From Cyanophora paradoxa CCMP329 (Eukaryota; Plantae; Glaucophyta), in the NCBI GenBank assembly GCA_004431415.1, contig QPMI01000549.1:133762-197761 (forward strand): DNA of 64,000 bases, given 5' to 3'. Under the pieces are notes generated by a model, which was not told the origin of the DNA, made no database searches, and saw only the letters and a program-made list of their open reading frames with translations. The position numbers and the translations under genes are program-made. The first letter of the stretch is position 1. Each line of letters opens with the position of its first letter. This document shows positions 24,240 through 38,900 of the stretch, in pieces.

Positions 24240-27200
24240 ATGGCCAGCGCCGTCGCCGGCGTCGGTTTGGCGGCCGCGGTCGAGCGCCTCGTCCCCTACA
24301 TTGCGGCGGACGTGCTCTCGCTGGGCGCCGTGACGGCCCAGCTCGGGCCGCTTCGCGCGGGGGGCAACGCCGCCGTCGCCTCCGTGCCGGGCGCCGCCCT
24401 CTTCGTCGACGGTGCGCCCCGTGCACGTGGGTCGCCGCGCGCGGCGAAAGACCCCGCCCCCGGCCCATCGGCCAATCGAACGCGGCGGCGCGCGCGCAGT
24501 GAGCGGCTTCTCGTCGCTGGCGCGGAGCCTCACGCGCTCGAGCTCGGGCCTGGGGGCGGCCGCCGGCGCTGTCTCCTGCGAGAAGGTGTCCCCGACCCGC
24601 CTCCCGCCCGCCCGCCCCCCCGCCCGCGGTCTCCGCCCCCGGCAGCCCCGAAACTGACGGACGACCCCCCCCCCCAATCGAACGCAGCTCGTCTCCACAC
24701 GTGCGTCGCCGCCGCAGCGCCCTTCGCGCGCCAGCCCTCCCACCTTACACCCCATCGCAGTGAACGAGTACTTCTCGCTGCTCGTGAGCGCCCTGCACGG
24801 CAGGGGCCTCGAGGTCCTCTTCTTCGCGGGGGTACGTCTGCGCGCGCGCGCGCCCCTGCCCGCGAGCCCCCCGCCGCTCCTGCTGAGCGATGCGCAGGAC
24901 GCCATCGTGGCGTTCGTCCCCGCGACCGAGGGCCGCACCTTGCAGCAGGCCGCCTCCTCCGCCCTCGCCGCCGCCCTCGAGGGTCCGCTCTCGCTCTCTC
25001 GTGCGCTGGAACGCGCTCACCGCTGCGCTCTTCCTTCCCAGTTCGGGGCATCGCGTTCGAGAAGCAGGGGATCAGGCTCCAGGCGCACACGGGGCTCGGT
25101 CCGCCACCGAAGCCGCGCCCCCGCGGTCGCGACCGCCCCTCGTGATCGTCGCGACCGCGGCGGGGCGCGCAGGGGCGGGGGACCTGCTCGTGTACTTCCT
25201 GCGGGGCACGGGCCAGCGCGCGTGGAGCCAGGTCCTCTACGTCGGCGACCTCATGACCCAGGGTCCGCCCCAACCGAGCCCGCCCCCCCTCCCCCCCCCT
25301 TCCCCCTTCCCCCCTCCCCACCCCCCATCCCCCCGCTTCGGGATCCGGCCTGTGCGCCCAGCCCCGGCTCTCTTCCCCCCCCCCCCCCTTCCTCCCTCCT
25401 CCTCTCCCGCCCCTCTCCCGTCCCTTTCGCGGACAGCACTGATCAGAATCGCTCGCGATTCGCGCAGTCTGCGAGGCTCAGCGGGAGTCCTCCGGGGACG
25501 ACATCGTTCTGTCCGAGCCCGCCCTGGTCCTCCTCGAGGCCCGCCCGCTCCCTTGCTTCCCCGCCTCCTCCTGCTTAGAGGTTTCCTGGCAGGGGTGCTG
25601 CACGGTGGAGCAGGCCGAGGGGCTCGAGCCGGGCGGCCGCGCCTACTTCCGCCTGACCTCGGCGCCGGCCGCCGAGGCGGAGGCGGAGTCCGACCCGCCC
25701 AGCGCCAGCGGCGGCGCGAGCGCGCGGAACTCGCGGCCGTCCTCCCTGCGCTCCCTCAAGGGCCCGCCGTCGATGCCGAGGGCGCTTTCCACGAAATCGC
25801 TCGCGGCGGCGCTGATGAACAGGACGCAGTCGTCCCGCTCCCTCGCCCCCGCGGCCGCCGCGCCGCCGGCGGAGTGTCCCTGCGCCACCCGCCGGCCCGC
25901 CGCCGCCGCCGCGCTGGCCTCGTTCTCGGACGCCATCCTCCCTCTGCTCCCGGGTGCGGACGTCATCGACCGCGATCACAGCGGCGCGGATGCGCAGCGT
26001 GATCGCACTCGCGAGGCCGGGCTGACCCGTTGACGCCGCCTCGCCGGCAGCTTCGGGATCGAAGAGCGGCACCGGCGGCTACGATTACTTCCACAACGAC
26101 ATCCGCACCGTCTTCATCGTCTTCGGTAGCCCTGTTCCCGCGGCCGCCCAGATCGAATTTTGCGCCCGCCGGCGCTGAACTCGCCCTCGAAGCCTCGTTC
26201 CCGGAGCTCGACACCGTCAACCGCTCGATGCAGGAGGGGGACCAGTGGCACGCGGCGCGCTTCGCCCAGGTCCGTGGCTCTCGCAGCACGCGGTCCTTTG
26301 CGTGCTCTGTGAACTTAAGATTCGACTTAGACGTTGCGCGAACGACCACGCATTGCGGTAGCTGAGCTTTGTATTCAGGTGACTCGGGCGGTGTATCGGA
26401 TCGCCGAGGGGCTGGATGGAGACGTGAACAAGGTTTTCCTGGTGAGAAGCTGTACTCGTGGAGGAGCGCCAAGTAACTTCGAAATATTTAGCATCTAGAT
26501 CTAGATCTCCTCTTCCGGTGTTTTTCCTGCCTGACCGCTCGCTCCGCGCATCGGCGTCGCCTACCAAAGGACGACAAGGTGCCGAGCCCCGCGCGCTCCG
26601 CGGCGCGACGCCATATGCATGACAGCCGCCGCTGACTCGCGTGCGCTCGCCCGCTTTGCAGGGCGCGTCGGCGCTCCTGTCGTTCGGGAACCCGGGTCGG
26701 AGCCACGAGGACGACGCGGAGCGGGCCGTGCGCGCGGCGATGTCGCTCGCCGACTGGTTCGGCGCCAGCGGCTCGCCCTTCGCGGCCGGCGTCGCGGGCG
26801 GCCCCACCTTCTGCGGCACGCTCGGCTCGCCGTGCCGCAAGGAATACGCCCTCGTGAGCCAAAACATTCTGCAGAGATACATCTCCGCCCACATGCGTGC
26901 AGCCCCATTGATCCGCGAGCGATCGCGCAGATCGGCGACTCCGTGATCCTTGCTGCGCGCTTGATGGCCGCTGCGCGAGCGAACATCGGCTCCGGCAGCG
27001 GAAGGGTCCCGGTGCGCGATGCGCCCCTCGCTCCTACTCGCAGCGTGCGTCTCTCTCTGACCAGTGTCGCCGGGCGCGCAGCTCCTCTGCGACGTGCTGT
27101 GCGACTCGTTCGTCTCGTCGACCATCTCCGCCCGCCGCCGGAGGCTGGTGCGACCTTTCCGATTTCCCCTCCATCCGGAAGTCGATCCGCTGGAGAATTG

Positions 27201-30200
27201 TTCCTGATTTCCGTGCGCTCGAAATTCGAAGGGGTTCCGCCTGGACGCGCTGCCCCCGATCCGCGCCAAGGGCTTCAGCGAGCCCGTCTTCGTGTCCCGC
27301 CCCAAGGCGAGTCCTCCGTATCTCGCGCTTGAGCTCTGGTTCGATCGCGCGTTACATGTGCGCTTGCTGCGCGCGCGCTGCGGCAGGCCGTGGAGGACGT
27401 CCCGAGAGACTTCGAAGAGTCTCAGCGGCGGATGACGCGGCGACTCCCCATGCCCGGCTCCGGCTCCTTTGCCAGCGACGGCGCCGGCGCCGGCGCCGAC
27501 GCCGGCGGCCGCAACTCGCACCGCTCCGAGTCCTCCATCTCAGAATCGGCGTCCCGGCGCTCCCGGGTGCTGGATCGTCACCCGGTTCCGATTTTCGGGC
27601 GGTGCGCGCGCTCGCTGCGGCGCGCGGCTCTGACCTTGTCGGCGTACGGCCGCTGATGCGTGCGATCCTCGCGTGCGTGCGCAGCGACGCCGTGCTCGAG
27701 CGCTGCATCGAGGAGGTCAGGGCGTGTGCCGCGGGCGGGCAGGGCGGCACCATCTTCATCGAGGGGGACGCGGGGTTCGGGAAGACCCGCATCCTGCGCG
27801 AGGTCCGCCGCGCGCCAGAATTCCTAGCGACGTTTGCATTCCTAGAGACGTAGAAATCGGTTATGAACCTTTCCCTTGCGCCAGGTCGTGGCGTCAATCG
27901 GAGCCGAGCGATTCGTCCTGCTGCAGGGAGCGACGGCCGCAACCGAGGTACCGTAGCACATCGCGCCTCTTAGAGGACGCATGCCCACGTACGGGAAAGC
28001 AACTGACGCGCTCGACCGGCAGGAGAGCACGCCGCTCTACGCGTTCCGCGGGGTGCTGGCGTCTCTTCTCGAGGCGCAGGGGGCCCTCGCCCCGAGCGGC
28101 GGCCTCGCGAACCCACGCGAGAGCTGGCTCCCCGCTGCGGGCGCCGGGCAGACCAGCTGGGTGGCAGAGCTGGAGATCCCCGTTCTCTGGAGCGCAATCC
28201 TCGGCGGCGGCAGCGGCAGCGGCAGATCGGGCAGGGGCGGTGCGCAACTCTCCTCTCGCGAACTTTTCGGAAATGCGAAGCTTGCCATTGCTATTTACAC
28301 ATTGACGCCGACAGGCCGCGGAGTGGATCGCAAGCACTCGTACCAGAGTGGCTACCAGCCGCTCAACGCGCAGCTGCTCGTCCGCGTGGCCAACTCGCTG
28401 GCACGGTCCGCTGCTCGGCGCCCCGAACACCGATGTGCTCACTGGACGCGCTTTGGGCGCGTCGCTCACTGCTTCGGCCAGGCTCATCCACGCGCTGGAG
28501 ACCGCCGGCCGCGGGGAGAACCGCCGCGGCCGGCAGGTCGCCCTCGTCGTCGAGGTAGGAGCCGGCGACCGCCGCCCGCCGCTAGTCGACGTCGTTCTAT
28601 ATATCTGCAATGCGCTGATATCTGCTTTTACTTCGCGGCAGGACGCGCACTGGATGGACAGCTCGTCGTGGAACACCCTCCGCTCCCTTCGGGAGGCCTG
28701 CCCCCGGCTCCTGGTGATTGCCCCTTGTGCACGCGACTGCGCGCCCGCTCGCATCGGAGAGCTCTTCTGACCGCGCCTGCGCTCAGATCGTGATCAGCAC
28801 GCGGCCCATTCCACGTCCACCCGACGAGTACCTTATATTGTTGCAGGGCCAGGTGCGCCAATACTAATGCCTCCGGGTTGGCTCACGGTCCACGGCTTTG
28901 CTTCTGACAGCGCGTCTTCCCTTAGACGCCTGAGGAGCGCTGGCGCGCATACGGGAGCGACCTGGCGCCGCGCGCGAGCGATATCTATCGCGAGCCGGCT
29001 ACGCCCAAGACGCCGCAGTCTCGCCTCAGGGGACTCGGCTTCCTCGGGCACAACGCCTTCGGGAGCATCCGCAGGCCGTGGCAGGCGGCAGCCGACTCGG
29101 ACTCAGAGTGCGCTGGTTCAGAGTGCACGAGCCCGCGTTCGTCTCTGAGCGTGTGCTCCTGTCGAATTACCAGAACGCCGGTGATGGATTTCGACAGAGA
29201 AGACAGCCGCGATCGGGTGCGCTCGCCTCGATCGCGCTTTCGTCGGAGGGAGAGCGTTTCGAGGCGCCTCGCAGGCCCCGGCCGACAACGACGACGCGGG
29301 GCGGCGCGGGGAGCGCCGGGCGAGGGCCGAGGGGGCGCCTGGGCCGGTGCCGGGGATCTCGAATGCGAGCCCGACGGCCCGCCGGCCCGTCGTCGTCCAC
29401 CTGGGTCCCCTGGCCCGCGACGACGCCCGCATGCTCCTCCTGGTGCTGTCCTCGATTCGCTCGGCGCCTGCACGGTTGGAGTCCGTCGGGCGCGGCAGCT
29501 GACGCCGGGCGGTCGCGGCTTCGAATTCGCAGAACCTCTCCGAGCGGATGAAGATCTCCTGGCCCGCGGACTTTGTCGAATCCGTGCTCGAGAAGGCCTC
29601 GGGGGTGCGCATGCGGCGAAACCAGAGCCGGATCTCCAGCCTTGACTTCCGCATGTCTAATAGAGTTGTTTCCATTGCGATTGCCCAGGTTCCGCTCTTC
29701 CTGGTTGAGCTGTGCCGCCAGCAAATGGTGGGCGCTTGTCGAACTGCGTCTCATGCATAAGCATTTGCATGCGCAACTCAGTGGCTGTTCCGCTTTCGCT
29801 GGAACTAATTTATCGCACGCGCGTCAGGCGGCTGCGGACACTGAGGCGTCGAAACTGGCCATTCCAGATTCGGTGCGCTCAATTCGCTGCATGTGCATCT
29901 ACAGGCCACGTCAATCTACGCTTACACGCTGGATCCGCAGCTTCAGCAGCTTGTGCTACAGCACGCCGACGGGCTTCCGCCACAGGCACAGGCGCGTCAG
30001 CCTCAGCGGCCTGCGCCGCTGAAGGCGCCCTTGCTGAGAACGCGCCGCGGACAGGCTGTGCTCAAGCTGGCGGCCATCGTTGGGAACGAATTCACAGCGA
30101 CCATCATTCGCGCCGTCGATCCATCAGGTTGGCTTGCGGAGCGCGGCGGGAAAAGACCTCGGAGTGCGGCTGAGTGCGCCCCTGTCCCCGCAGGAATGAG

Positions 30201-33200
30201 CGCGAACGCGATCCACTTCGCGATCCGCCTCCTCTGGCGCGACAACCTAATCACGGCGCGTCGCTGGCTTCGATGTCTCCAGGCCGCCAGCGCTTCCTGC
30301 ATCGCATCTAAAGCGAGGCCTCCGCAGGTGGTGGACAGCGCGACGGGCCACCCGCAGCTTGTGGACGAGGAGGACGCGGAGGCGGAGGCGGGCGAGCCGC
30401 CGGGCTGGCCGCCCGAGGAAATGCGCCTCGACTTCCACCACCAGCTCGTCAAGGTCCGCCCCGCAATCGGCCCCGCCACCGGACCTCCTCGGCATCGTTG
30501 CTTGGTTGTAATTGTTTGCGGACTCGTTGTAGGAAACCATCTACTCTGCGACGGCGAACAGCCTGAGAAGGGAGGTCCACAGGCGCTACGCCGAGCACCT
30601 CGAGAAGCTCGACGGGGCCGACATCGAGGCCGCGAGCGCCCTCGTGTGCGTGAACGGCGCTTGCTACACACAATCGTGTTGTCTCCGTGGCTAGCCTAGT
30701 AGGCCAGTGCCGACGCTGTCGCTGTCGCGTTTGTTTGCAGGCACCACTGGCGCTGCGCTGAGGACCTGCCCAGAGCCCTCGTCCACCTTTCCAACGCGGT
30801 GCGTCAGCGCTGCAGTGCCATCCAAAGGGTGCCTCGGCGAGGGCTGACACGCCCATCTCGACGTACAGGCGTGGCAGGCCGTGCGCACAAACGCCCTCAA
30901 GGAAGCTTCGGCGATGCTTGCCGGTGCGCATCGGCGTGGGTCACATCCTTTGCGAGTCTAGACTGGCGCTGACCCTGCCGCAGACGTGTGCGCCACGATC
31001 GACGACCACGGCATCGCCGGGCCCGAGACGCGCCCGCTGCCGGCCGCGTTGCGGCTGGCGTGCTCCGGGGCCGCCACGGGCCGCCGCGCCTCCGTGCGCC
31101 GCTTCCGCGCTGAAATTCGGCGTTCGCCACCGGATCCGCAGCTGACGGCGCGGCCTCCGCCACGCCAGGTCGTCTCCGCCGACGGCTTCGGGATCGACGC
31201 GCAGGACCGGGCGCGGTGGCGCACGACGCGGGACGTCGCCTGCGGCGCCCTCGCCTCCATCGCCTACTACAACGGCAACATGGAGCTCAGCCACGAGCTC
31301 GCCGTGCGTCCCGCCCCTTCTGCGCTTCTCTTTCGCGACGGAACGTTCCATTGAAGCGGCTCTAAATTACATAATTAATTGTTTCTGTTGACGCTTCTGC
31401 TCACGTTCGCGTTCTTCAAGGTTGCCGTGCTGGTGAGCCTTGGCGAGGCCGTGCCTGCCCGCAAGGCGTCCCTCCTCGGCGTGGCGCGGCTGCTCGTCCG
31501 CCTCGCGCGGCTCGGCAGGCGGGCCGCCAAGGACGCCGCCGCCGACGGGCGCGGCCTGCCGGCGTACGCCGCCCACCGCGACTGCCGCGAGGTCGCCCTC
31601 GACTGCCTCCTCCTCGTCATGTGGTGCCCCGATCCCAACCGAAAACGAAAGCTGAAGACGCTCGAAATTGAGCGGCGCGCGCGCGCGCGCAGGATCAACA
31701 TGCGGAACGGGAAGCAGGGCGCCCCGAAGCAGGTGGAGGGCCAGGCCCCGCCGCAGGCGCGCGGCTTCGAGCTCGCGGCCTTCGCGATCGCCCGCTGCGT
31801 CGAGATCTCCTGCGCGACCCCCAAGCACGTGCGCGCGATATTTATTCGCGGGGAGCCGCCGGCGTCGGGTCGCCCGGCTCCGAACGCGCCCGCGCAGCTC
31901 CGGACCATACAGGACGTGAGGATCCTGTCGACCTTCTCCACCTTCCTCGACAGTGCGCCTCTCAAGCGATTCCCCTCGATGCGATCTCGCGTCGACGTTT
32001 TGACGCCGGCCACCGTCCGGTCCGCGCTCCAGTCGTCGGCATGACGAAGACGGCCCGTGGGGTCCTGCAGCGCGCCAGGGAGCGCGCCATCGCGATCGGT
32101 GACGACACGGTGCGCTGCTTTAATTTCAGCCGAACGTGCCATCGAAATTGAATCGTTCGAGTCGCTGAGCTCCGCCGCTCAGAGCCGCGCCTTCGTGGCG
32201 TCGCACACGGCGATGCAGGCGTGCCGGCACGGCCGCTTCCGCGAGGGCTGCGCCGAGTTCGAGATCGCCGTCTCGTGCGCCCAGACGACCGCCCGCGCTC
32301 TCGCTCTCGCGCGCGCGTCGCGGCCGGTGACGGCCCCGTGCGCGCGCGCCCGCCCGCAGGCTGGAGGGGACGAACCCGCGCATCAAGCTGGACGCCGGCG
32401 TCATCTACGCCCTCACTTTCGTCCTCCAGGCGCGCCCTCCGACGCCGAGCCGCCGCGGGGCGCCATCGGTGTCTGATTTCTACGCCGGCCGCAGGGCCAG
32501 TACGCGGCGGCGCGGAGGACGTGCGGCGAGCTCATCCGCGTCTCCAAGCACCTTGGGATCGACGGCCGCGGTGCGCTGGAGCTGGCGGGCCCGACGCGCC
32601 TCCCCGCTTCCTCTGACAAGCGTCCGGCGCCGCTCAGTGATCCAGGTGGTGGCGCTGGTGGACGCGTCGACGGCGCTGCTTGAGGGGCGCCCCGCCCGCG
32701 CCGAGCACGTCCTCCGCTTCGTCGAGCCGGTGCGCCCGCCCCGAAGCGAGCCGTCCGCGATCGCGCGGGGCGGACCGCACCACTGATCCACGCGGTTTCC
32801 GCGCGGCAGCTGAACGACTTCATTCAGCAGCAGGAATGGTGCGCCTTGGATCCGTCCACGGCCGCTAGAAAATTTTGGGGCGGTCGGATCATTAGCTATG
32901 ACACCAGCGCTGATCGCTTCCAGGTGGTATTTGCGGTCCCTGGACGTCTTCCGCGGAATCTGCGCGTGGCGCGCCGGCGACGCGGCCAGCGCCGCGGCCA
33001 GCTTCGAGGGCGCCTTCGAGTACTGGCGGGGCGAGGTCAAGACCGTCACCTGGCCCGCCCTGCGTGCGTCCGAATCGAACCGCGCGCGCCCTCCAAAACC
33101 TGAGATCTAGAGCTGATCGTGAGCTTTGTTTCGTGCCACGGCCAGTTTTCATATCCGTGCTCCTGGATTTCGCGCTCTGGTGGCAGTCCGACACGGCGGC

Positions 33201-34556
33201 CGCGCTCGCCGCCGCCCTCGACGCGAACCGGCCGAAGATTCGCCTCGGGTGAGCGTGGCCTCGGCTCGTCGGTCCCTCGGGAGCCCTCGCGCCGCCCCTT
33301 GACCGCGCGCGCGCGCGCGTGCGCAGGGCCGTGGCGCGGCTGCGCGCGCTCGCGTGCGGCGGCTCGCCCCGGGCCTCCGTCTCCGACTACGAGCTCGAGC
33401 TCGAGGCGGGCCGCGCTCGCGCGCAGATGCCCGCGACGCCGGCGCCGCTCACCGCCCGCTCCGTCCTCCTCGACACGGTGCGGCCGCCGCCGCGCGCGCC
33501 CTTCCGGAAAGGAAAGGAAGGGCCGACGGGGCCCGCCGGCGCCGGCGATCGGGACCAGGGCGGCGCGGGCGCGTCCAAGAGCGCGCGCGAGCGGCGCGTG
33601 TCGGCGGTGCGGATCGTGTCGGACCTGGACGCGGCGGAGGCGGAGGCGGAGGCGGGGGCGGAGAGGGACCGCGGGCAGGCCTCCGACATCGATCGCGGCG
33701 TGGACGCGCTCGCCCTCCTCGTGCGTGTCGGGGCGCGAGGCGCTCGAGGCGATAGACGGCCCGGACCTGACGCGCGGGGCAGGACCGGGCGGTGGCGGGC
33801 GGCTCGCGCGGACGCCCCGCGCGGCCGCGTCGGCGCCGGCGTCGGCGTCGGCGTCGCGCCGCGGCAGCCTCTCGTGGCGGGGGCCCGCCTCCTCGTCGCC
33901 CTCTCGACCCCCGCCAGCGCCTCCCGCCTATCGCCGCCCCCGGCGCCGGCCGCCTCTCCCTCCTCCGCCTGCGGCGCGCGCCGGCGGCCGGGCCGGGGAC
34001 GAGACCGTCCGGGCCCTCGCCGCCGAGGCCAGGCAGGCCGCCGCCTTCCTCCGCGAGGTCCCCCTCCCTGCCCGATTGCACAATTACGTAAAAGCAGGCG
34101 TATGGAGCTTGCTTGCCGTTAGAGCAACTCGGCAAGCCGAAGCTCGCCGGCAATAGAGACTGACCCCGCGCGCTCCTCGGCCCCCGCGCAGCTGGGTTCC
34201 CTGCTCGAGGAGACGTGCCGCCGGCGCCTCCCGAACCTGGCGCCCTGCTGCGACCTGCTCCGCGCGCAGCGCCCGGGCGTGCCCGCGCGCGCCGCCTGGC
34301 CTCGCTGCGCGCCGCCCGCGACGGCTTCGCGGCCGGCGGCCTGCGGCCCTTCGAGGCGCTCGCCTGCATGCAGCTGGCGCGGGCCGAGCCGGACCGCGCG
34401 GCGGCGGCCGCCGCGGTCGACGCCGCCGGCCGCATCGCCGACGAGACGCGCACGCTCATCCCCGCCCTGCAGCGGCTCCGCGGCGCCCGCTCCGGCGCCG
34501 GCGCCGGAACCGGCGCCGAGGCCGCCCCTGAGGGCTACCTTTCCCTCTTTGGATAA
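24240..34556 (+). CDS. Soluble adenylyl/guanylyl cyclase-like STAND protein (tandem class III cyclase domains, AAA ATPase, TPR-like C-terminus; ADCY10-like), multi-exon
   Basis: C1: LFVD|VSGFS...EYFSLL...FAG|DAI. C2: DKG...SFGNPGRSHEDDAERAVRAA...GPTFCGTLGSPCRKEYAL|IGDSVILAARL. Walker A IEGDAGFGKT, Walker B LVVE|DAHWMDSSSW, then VPLFLVEL, LKLAAIVGNEF, FHHQLVKETIY. Stop TAA at 34556. Confidence 0.85.
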
Positions 34557-35935
34557 CCGCATGCACACGTCTGTAGCCATCTTTGGATGATCGGATGCAC
34601 ACCTCTGTAGCCAAATCTTTCCGTGCCTCGGTGCGCGCCAGCTGCAGTTCAAGCAGTCCCGTGAATTCCGGGTTCAGTAGCTGTAGTAGCGTACAATCAA
34701 TTGCAATGCCTCGGGCCTAATCTTGTTGTATATTTCTGCGATCTCTCGTTGCTTCATCGTCAAGTGCAACATTTTTGAAGCTTAAGTCTGCGAGTGCGTG
34801 TGCTCGAGCCGCAATCTATCGATATCGTAGTATCGCGAACGATGGTTTTCAATCACTGCGCGTTTTCAATGATCACGAGTGCTAGTTTTCTTGCAGGCTT
34901 TCATGTGCGATTCTGATGATCATGATTCCTGATATTCTGCGCCCTGGCTTTCATGCGTTACTGGATTTGATGCGTTTTTTTTGATCATGATTCACGTGTA
35001 CACGTAGTGCAACCGAACATTGCAAATTGTAACAAGCGAGTCCCTGCGGAGCAGGAGTGGCCTTGGGTCTTGGGGCTTCAAGGCGTGAGGGTGGCAGCTC
35101 TTTGTTTTTTAACGGGGGCCCGCAACCGCGCGCGGTTACGGGGGAGGGGGGAGGAGAAATAGGGGGTCCACTCGGCAAGGGTACACACTCAAGTGAGAGG
35201 GTACAGAATTGTGCTGCAAGGGTACAGAGATATCGATGCGGGGCCCAATCGGCCGCAGTTGTACCGAGCACAGGCCCCGAGGGGCCCATTGGTCGTTTCA
35301 GCTGAATGAAAACGACTTTAATTTCGGCGCTTTTTGGAGGTGGTTAATAATAAGCTATGAATCATTTGAATGTAATTCGTAGTAATAAGGCTCTGTCTAA
35401 ATTGTCTATTTTAATTATCTTTCAATCAACGCATCAAATCCTTTTAAATCCCACATCGTGGCACACTACGACCCTGTCTCATACAAATTTGCTGGCCGGC
35501 AACGTGGCGCTCCGTTAATTTGGAGACTATTTCCTAGCGAATGGGGTGCGGCCTTTTCAAATTAAGAATTCTTAAAATTCGACTTGGAGGACCAATGTGA
35601 TTTGCGCTTTCAGTTTTTTTCCGGGAAAATGCTTTTCGATGCTTTTCGAGGTGCTGTTGCTGCCCATTAGAGGCCTCTCATAGGAAAACCGCCTCGGCCA
35701 TCGTGCTCTCCAGGGTCGAAAACGGGTACCTAGGTCCAAAAATTTTGCCCTGAATCGCAGTTTGAATCCACGGACAGGACAGGCACAGACCTAAGGGCCT
35801 CTCCTTTCCCCAAGGCCGATTCAATTAGATTGAGAGACCCCCGCCCCCCGAAGACGTACGCGTCATGATCACGATCACGTCAAGTTTTGAGTTCTTCATC
35901 TCCAAATTGGCAAGAACTCGGAAACCCGATAATTA

Positions 35936-38900
35936 GTAAATTTTCGCACGTGCGTCATGATCAGGCAACTGCACATGTACACCCTGAGGCCTCGAAACTG
36001 GCCATTAATGCCAGATTCGGTACGGTACCGGAGCCCTCAGCGCCGCTACGAGTTATGGCTCTATGGCGCAGTTTCCGCCATACAAACTTTTTCCGAGTCA
36101 AGTCGATTGACTAAACTCGGCCGAGTTTTTAGACTGGGAACACCTTCCAAGTCAAATTAGTACTGCGCTGGGACCGTCGAGGTCCCCGTACTAATTCGAC
36201 TTGAAAATGCCAGTGTTTTCCGATTGGGCGCGTGCCGGTATATTTCACATGCTATATAAAAGCTGCTGTTGGCAGTTACTAGCCGGCAGTTACTAGGACT
36301 GTACCAGGAGGCTACTAGAACCTACCAGGTAGCTAATTTACATAAGGGCAAGATCTGCCAGCCGCGCATCCGGCGCCTGCCAATCTGGAGTTTGGCCCCA
36401 GTTCGCCAGGAAACTCCGCCTAAGGCCCATAACTCGTAGCGCTCAGCGCCTCAATTGCAATCAACTACATGCATGTGTGCATCTGTCCGCATGCCATGCA
36501 TGGCCAGGCCGCTTTCAACTGGCAAACTTGAAAGTTTGCGTTTACACCTTGCCAAGTTGGATCGGGCAGCTTCAGCAGCTTGTGCTACAGTACGCCGACG
36601 GACTTCCGCCTCAGGCACAGGTCGCGGGCGCGTCAGCCTCGGCCGCCTGCGCCGCTGGAGGCACCCTTGCTGAGAACGCGCCGCGGACAGGCCGTGCTCA
36701 AGCTGGCGGCCATCCTTGGGAGCGAATTCACAGCGACCATCATACGCGCCGTCGATCCATCGGGTTGGCTTGCGGAGCGCGGCGGGAAAAGACCTCGGAG
36801 TGCGGCTGAGTGCGCCCCTGTCCCCGCAGGAATGAGCGCGAACGCGATCCACTTCGCGATCCGCCTCCTCTGGCGCGACAACCTAATCACGGCGCGTCGC
36901 TGACTTTGATGTCTTCAGGCCGCCAGCGCTTTCTGCATCGCATCTAAAGCTAGGCCTCCGCAGGTGGTGGACAGCGCGACGGGCCACCCGCAGCTTGTGG
37001 ACGAGGAGGACGCGGAGGCCGAGGCGGGCGAGCCGCCGGGCTGGCCGCCCGAGGAACTGCGCCTCGACTTCCACCACCAGCTCGTCAAGGTCCGCCTCGC
37101 AATCGGCTCCGCCACCGGACCTCTTCGGCACCGTCGCTTAGTTTTAATTATCTGCGGAATCGTTGTAGGAAACCATCTACTCTGCGACGGCGCACAGCCT
37201 GAGAAGGGAGGTCCACAGGCGCTACGCCGAGCACCTCGAGAAGCTTGACGGGGCCGATATCGAGGCCGCGAGCGCGCTCGTGTGAGTAAACGGCGCTTGC
37301 TTCATGATATTGCGTTGCCTCCGTACCTAGGAGAGCACTGACGCTGTCGCGTTTGTTTGCAGGCACCACTGGCGCTGCGCCGAGGATCTGCCCAGAGCCC
37401 TCGTTCACCTTTCCAACGCGGTGCGTCAGCGCTGTAGTACTGATCAAAAGAGTGCCTTCGGCGAGGATTGACACGCTCATCTCCACGTACAGGCGTGGCA
37501 GGCCGTGCGCACAAATGCTCTCAAAGAAGCTTCGGCGATGCTTGCCGGTTCGCATCGGCGTGGGGCACATTCGTTGCGATTCCGGAGAGTTGCCGACCCG
37601 GCCGCAGACGTGTGCGCCACGATCGACGACCACGGCATCGCCGGGCCCGAGACACGCCCGCTGCCGGCCGCTTTGCGGCTGGCGTGCTCCGGGGCCGCCA
37701 CGGGCCGCCGCGCCTCCGTGCGCCGCTTCCGCGCTGAAATTCTGAAATTCGGCGTTCGCCTTCGCCGCTGATCATGACGCCTCCGGCGCGCCGCTCGCGA
37801 CGCCAGGTCTCCGCCGCCGACGACTTCGGGATCGACGGGCCGGAGCGGGCGCGGTGGCGGACGACGCGGGACCTCGCCTGCGGCGCCCTCGCCTCCATCG
37901 CCTACTACAACGGCAACATGGAGCTCAGCCACGAGCTCGCCGTGCGCCGGGCGCTCTCTTTAGAACATTTCGCTTGGAAGCGGCTTTAAAATTAAATTCT
38001 TTCCGTTTCTGCTCATGTTCACGTCGATGTTCTTTTAGGTTGCCGTGCTGGCGAGCCTGGGCGAGGCGGTCCCTGCCCGCAAGGCGTCCCTCTTCGGCGT
38101 GGCGCGGCTGCTCGTCCGCCTTGCCCGGCTCGGCAGGCGGGCCGCCAAGGACGCCGCCGCCGACGGGCGCGGCCTGCCGGCGTACGCTGCCCACCGCGAT
38201 CTCCGCGAGGTCGCCCTCGACTGCCTCCTCCTCGTCATGTGGTGCCCGGATCCGAACCGCAAACGAAAGATAAAGGCGACAGAAAGTAAAGTGTGAGGCG
38301 CGCGCGCGCGCGCGCGCAGGATCAACATGCGGAACGGGAAGCAGGGCGCCCCGATAGCGAAGCGGGCGGAGGGGCAGGCCCCGCTGCAGGCGCGCGGCTT
38401 CGAGCTCGCCGCCTTCGCGATCGCCCGCTGCGTCGAGATCTCCTGCGCGACGCCCAAGCACGTGCGCCCGATATTCAATCGCGGGGAGCTCGAGCCGCCC
38501 GATTAAATACCGAACGCGTCCGCGCAGCTACGGACCATACAAGATGTTAGGATCGTGTCCGACGGTCGACTTTCTCCACCTTCCTCGACAGTGCGCCTCT
38601 CAATTGCGAATCATTCCCCTCGATGCGAGCTCGCGTCGACGTCGACGTTCTGAAAACGGCCGCCGTACGGTCCGCCCTCCAGTCGTCGGCATGACAAAGA
38701 CGGCCCGCGGGGTCCTGCAGCGCGCGAGGGAGCGCGCCATCGCGATCGGTGACGACACGGTGCGCTGCTTTAATTTCAGCCGACTGCGCCATCGAAATTG
38801 AATCGCTTCGAGTCGCTGAGCTCCGCCGCTCAGAGCCGCGCCTTTGTGGCGTCGCACACGGCGATGCAGGCGTGCCGCCACGGCCGCTTCCGCGAGGGCT

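Noticed and set aside
35100-35930. Additional transposon in the AT-richer interval with AGGGTACA repeats
   Set aside because: Probably repeat-derived, but no matching termini, TSD or coding remnant could be identified.
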